Shown piece after piece: positions 62,916 through 64,000 of a DNA stretch of 64,000 bases. Every line of letters begins with the position of its first letter. Positions within the stretch are counted from its first letter, which is position 1. Made by a program: the position numbers and the translations under genes. Source of the stretch: Ostrea edulis (taxonomy: Eukaryota); contig NC_079173.1 of the NCBI RefSeq assembly GCF_947568905.1, positions 21,328,001 through 21,392,000 of the forward strand, read 5' to 3'. Below the pieces are notes generated by a model that saw only the letters and a list, made by a program, of their open reading frames with translations, was not told the origin of the DNA and did not search any database.

Positions 62916-64000
62916 GGAGAAGGGGGGGGGGATAAATTTGCACCGTAATTTTCAAGATTTACAAGGATACAATTTGTCAGATTAATATACACAGACTATC
63001 TCGTATATTATTTATTCAGGTTTATCTATGAAACCAGGGGTCTGGTCTCAATAGGGATTCAATTTTGCATAGGAAATTAGGAATACATGTATATGTAAAC
63101 ATCTAATGGTATGATTTGCCATCTTGTTCGTGTAATTTACTACATAGCTACTTGTGTAATATATATACATATTAAAGCTCGTGTCTTGACAATTGCAAAA
63201 CTTTCCATTTGTAGTTGAGGCGAGGCTTAGTCGACAATGACGGAGAAGATTCGGACTACAATAGCTAAAAGAAGAAAAAAAATAAAGAAAACACGTCACA
63301 TTTATGAGATTGATCAACGTTCGTTACCCCCCCCCCCCCCCCCCACCCCCCCACCCCACCCTCCATGATCCAATGGAGGTAGTTTGATAGCCGATATATT
63401 TGATCTAATAGAGTTGCAGTGTAGAAAGCGAAATATCGAGGCTAAGTTATTAAATCTTTGCTTGGAAATTCAATATTAAGAGTTCATTAACTAGTGTAGG
63501 TTCTAAAGTTTGAATACATTGCTGTAATATTTGACACTTCCACCAGCTTGAACCTGGAATATATAGTGAGAACACAATAGCATGTCAATAAAGCACATCA
63601 GACTAGTCCTCTCTACAATTGGATCTAATCCAACGATTCACCCAGGGGATTGTAAATGTGCGTAAATACACCAGCTATCTTGACAAACGGACATTACCAA
63701 TTCCCAATACAAGACTAAACGCTATCAAGATAAAAACATCCGTAGTTATGTATTGAAATTTTACGATTCCCAGTTGTTTTACACACTCAGTATAGGAAAT
63801 GTTAGCGTTTAAGTTTGCAATAAAATCTCCCACTCTTGTCTAATATCGAGCAAACTCTTCGAATCTTCCAATGTATTTTTCGTTTTGTATGGAACGCTTG
63901 CTTATTTTCATTCACGTCTACACTTGACATCACACACGTATGTCCTTGATAATATTCACACCTATACACTTGATATTCTACCACGGTTATTACAAAGATC

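Overview
AT-rich, intron-containing eukaryotic DNA. The repeat families suggest a bivalve mollusc, probably an oyster (inference, no database search). Two spliced genes were assembled by hand. (1) A + strand gene at about 17.5-32.9 kb, with 19 coding exons and about 918 aa: a helical N-terminal region followed by a DTHD1/PIDD1-like ZU5-ZU5-UPA-death-domain module. (2) The meiotic recombination gene HOP2/PSMC3IP on the - strand, 56798->39855, with 9 exons and 212 aa. The rest is dense repeat: a Gypsy pol remnant, Tc1 elements, Kolobok/hAT/MULE/Zator-like non-autonomous elements, Helentron-type HINEs, two SINE families, Penelope-like fragments (two with degenerate hammerhead ribozymes), a LINE tail, many minisatellites and several long palindromes. 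Most ORFs in the track are artefacts of tandem repeats. The main observations are: in both genes a minisatellite has amplified a 5' splice site; the death-domain gene has a run of 12 phase-2 introns; there is a four-level TE nest; a SINE has a fixed 5' end but no tRNA head; and a sense-intronic hammerhead carries the inactivating G5A change. No prokaryotic-type system (CRISPR etc.) is present. Family names come from remembered consensus features, not searches.
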